Assembly: GCA_026004455.1 (NCBI GenBank)
Contig: BPJE01000002.1
Span: forward strand, 5,207 to 69,206
Source of the DNA: Patescibacteria group bacterium
GTDB taxonomy: Bacteria > Patescibacteriota > Microgenomatia > UBA1406 > GWC2-37-13
DNA length: 64,000 nt
Direction of reading: 5' to 3'
Each line of letters begins with the position of its first letter. Position 1 is the stretch's first letter. Positions 63,559 to 64,000 of this stretch are shown piece by piece. The notes beneath the pieces were generated by a model, which did no database searches, was not told the origin of the DNA, and was given only the letters and a program-made list of their open reading frames with translations. The translations under genes were made by a program, and so were the position numbers.

Positions 63559-64000
63559 AAAAAAATATTATTGTTATCGGTGGAGGTATTGGTGGATTAG
63601 CTAGTGCCGCACTTTTGGCAAAAGATGGTTATCAAGTTACTTTAATTGAAAAAAACTCTATTGTTGGTGGACGGGCTAGATTTTTAAAGTTGAGAGATTT
63701 TTATTTTGATATGGGGCCTTCTTGGTATATGATGCCAGAAGTTTTTGAAAATTTTTTTAAAATTTTTAATAAAAAAACCTCTAACTTTTATCAATTAAAA
63801 AAGTTAAAAACTCATTATCGAGTTTTTTTTGAAGATGAGGAAATAATCGATATTTACTCTGATATTAAAAAAAATTTAGAAACCTTTAAAAAATATGAGA
63901 AAGATGGCGATGAAAAACTAAAAAAAATTCTTCAAAAATCTAAATTTATATATGAAAAATCAATGAGTCAATTAGTATTTTCAGATTATAAAAATATATT
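63555..64000 (+). CDS. crtI: Phytoene desaturase family protein (partial, runs off the right edge)
   Basis: Manual translation: MKKNIIVIGGGIGGLASAALLAKDG..EKN..GGRA..FDMGPSWYMMPEVF. Confidence 0.85.
   Translation, partial: MKKNIIVIGGGIGGLASAALLAKDGYQVTLIEKNSIVGGRARFLKLRDFYFDMGPSWYMMPEVFENFFKIFNKKTSNFYQLKKLKTHYRVFFEDEEIIDIYSDIKKNLETFKKYEKDGDEKLKKILQKSKFIYEKSMSQLVFSDYKNI

Overview
A low-GC bacterial chromosome segment using the standard genetic code (TGA is used as a stop). Gene content and style suggest Patescibacteria/CPR, Microgenomates-like; this taxonomy is inference. Core genes: cysS, rpsF-ssb-rpsR, ctpA, htrA, hisS, a domain-1-less RF1, rpmE, L10 leader-rplJ-rplL, gyrB-ppa-gyrA, miaA, lepA, pyk, elp3, folD, glyA, galE, gmd and three tRNAs. 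There are many surface-glycan genes and three toxin-antitoxin modules. The window starts with a decayed large serine recombinase, contains a Xer-like tyrosine recombinase split by a LAGLIDADG intein, and ends at the start of an idi-crtI locus. The most unusual feature is a dense set of small dispersed repeats: (i) about 16 copies of an AAGGACAGAACC/GGTTCTGTCCTT palindrome, one subtype of which delimits a nuclease/TA cassette array; (ii) a ~110-bp heptamer-built MITE-like element; (iii) a 16-bp palindrome with 4-bp flanking duplications; (iv) GTAG-, GTCA- and CCCCTCT-type REP-like units; (v) 7-, 9- and 10-mer arrays. These nest in one another, sit in frame inside at least nine genes (including lepA, miaA and cysS), and supply stop codons, a start codon and promoter hexamers. 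Many split ORFs (19.6 kb and 33.9-48 kb) break at +1 homopolymer expansions and are probably sequencing errors. All work was by eye, so repeat boundaries are approximate by a few nt.
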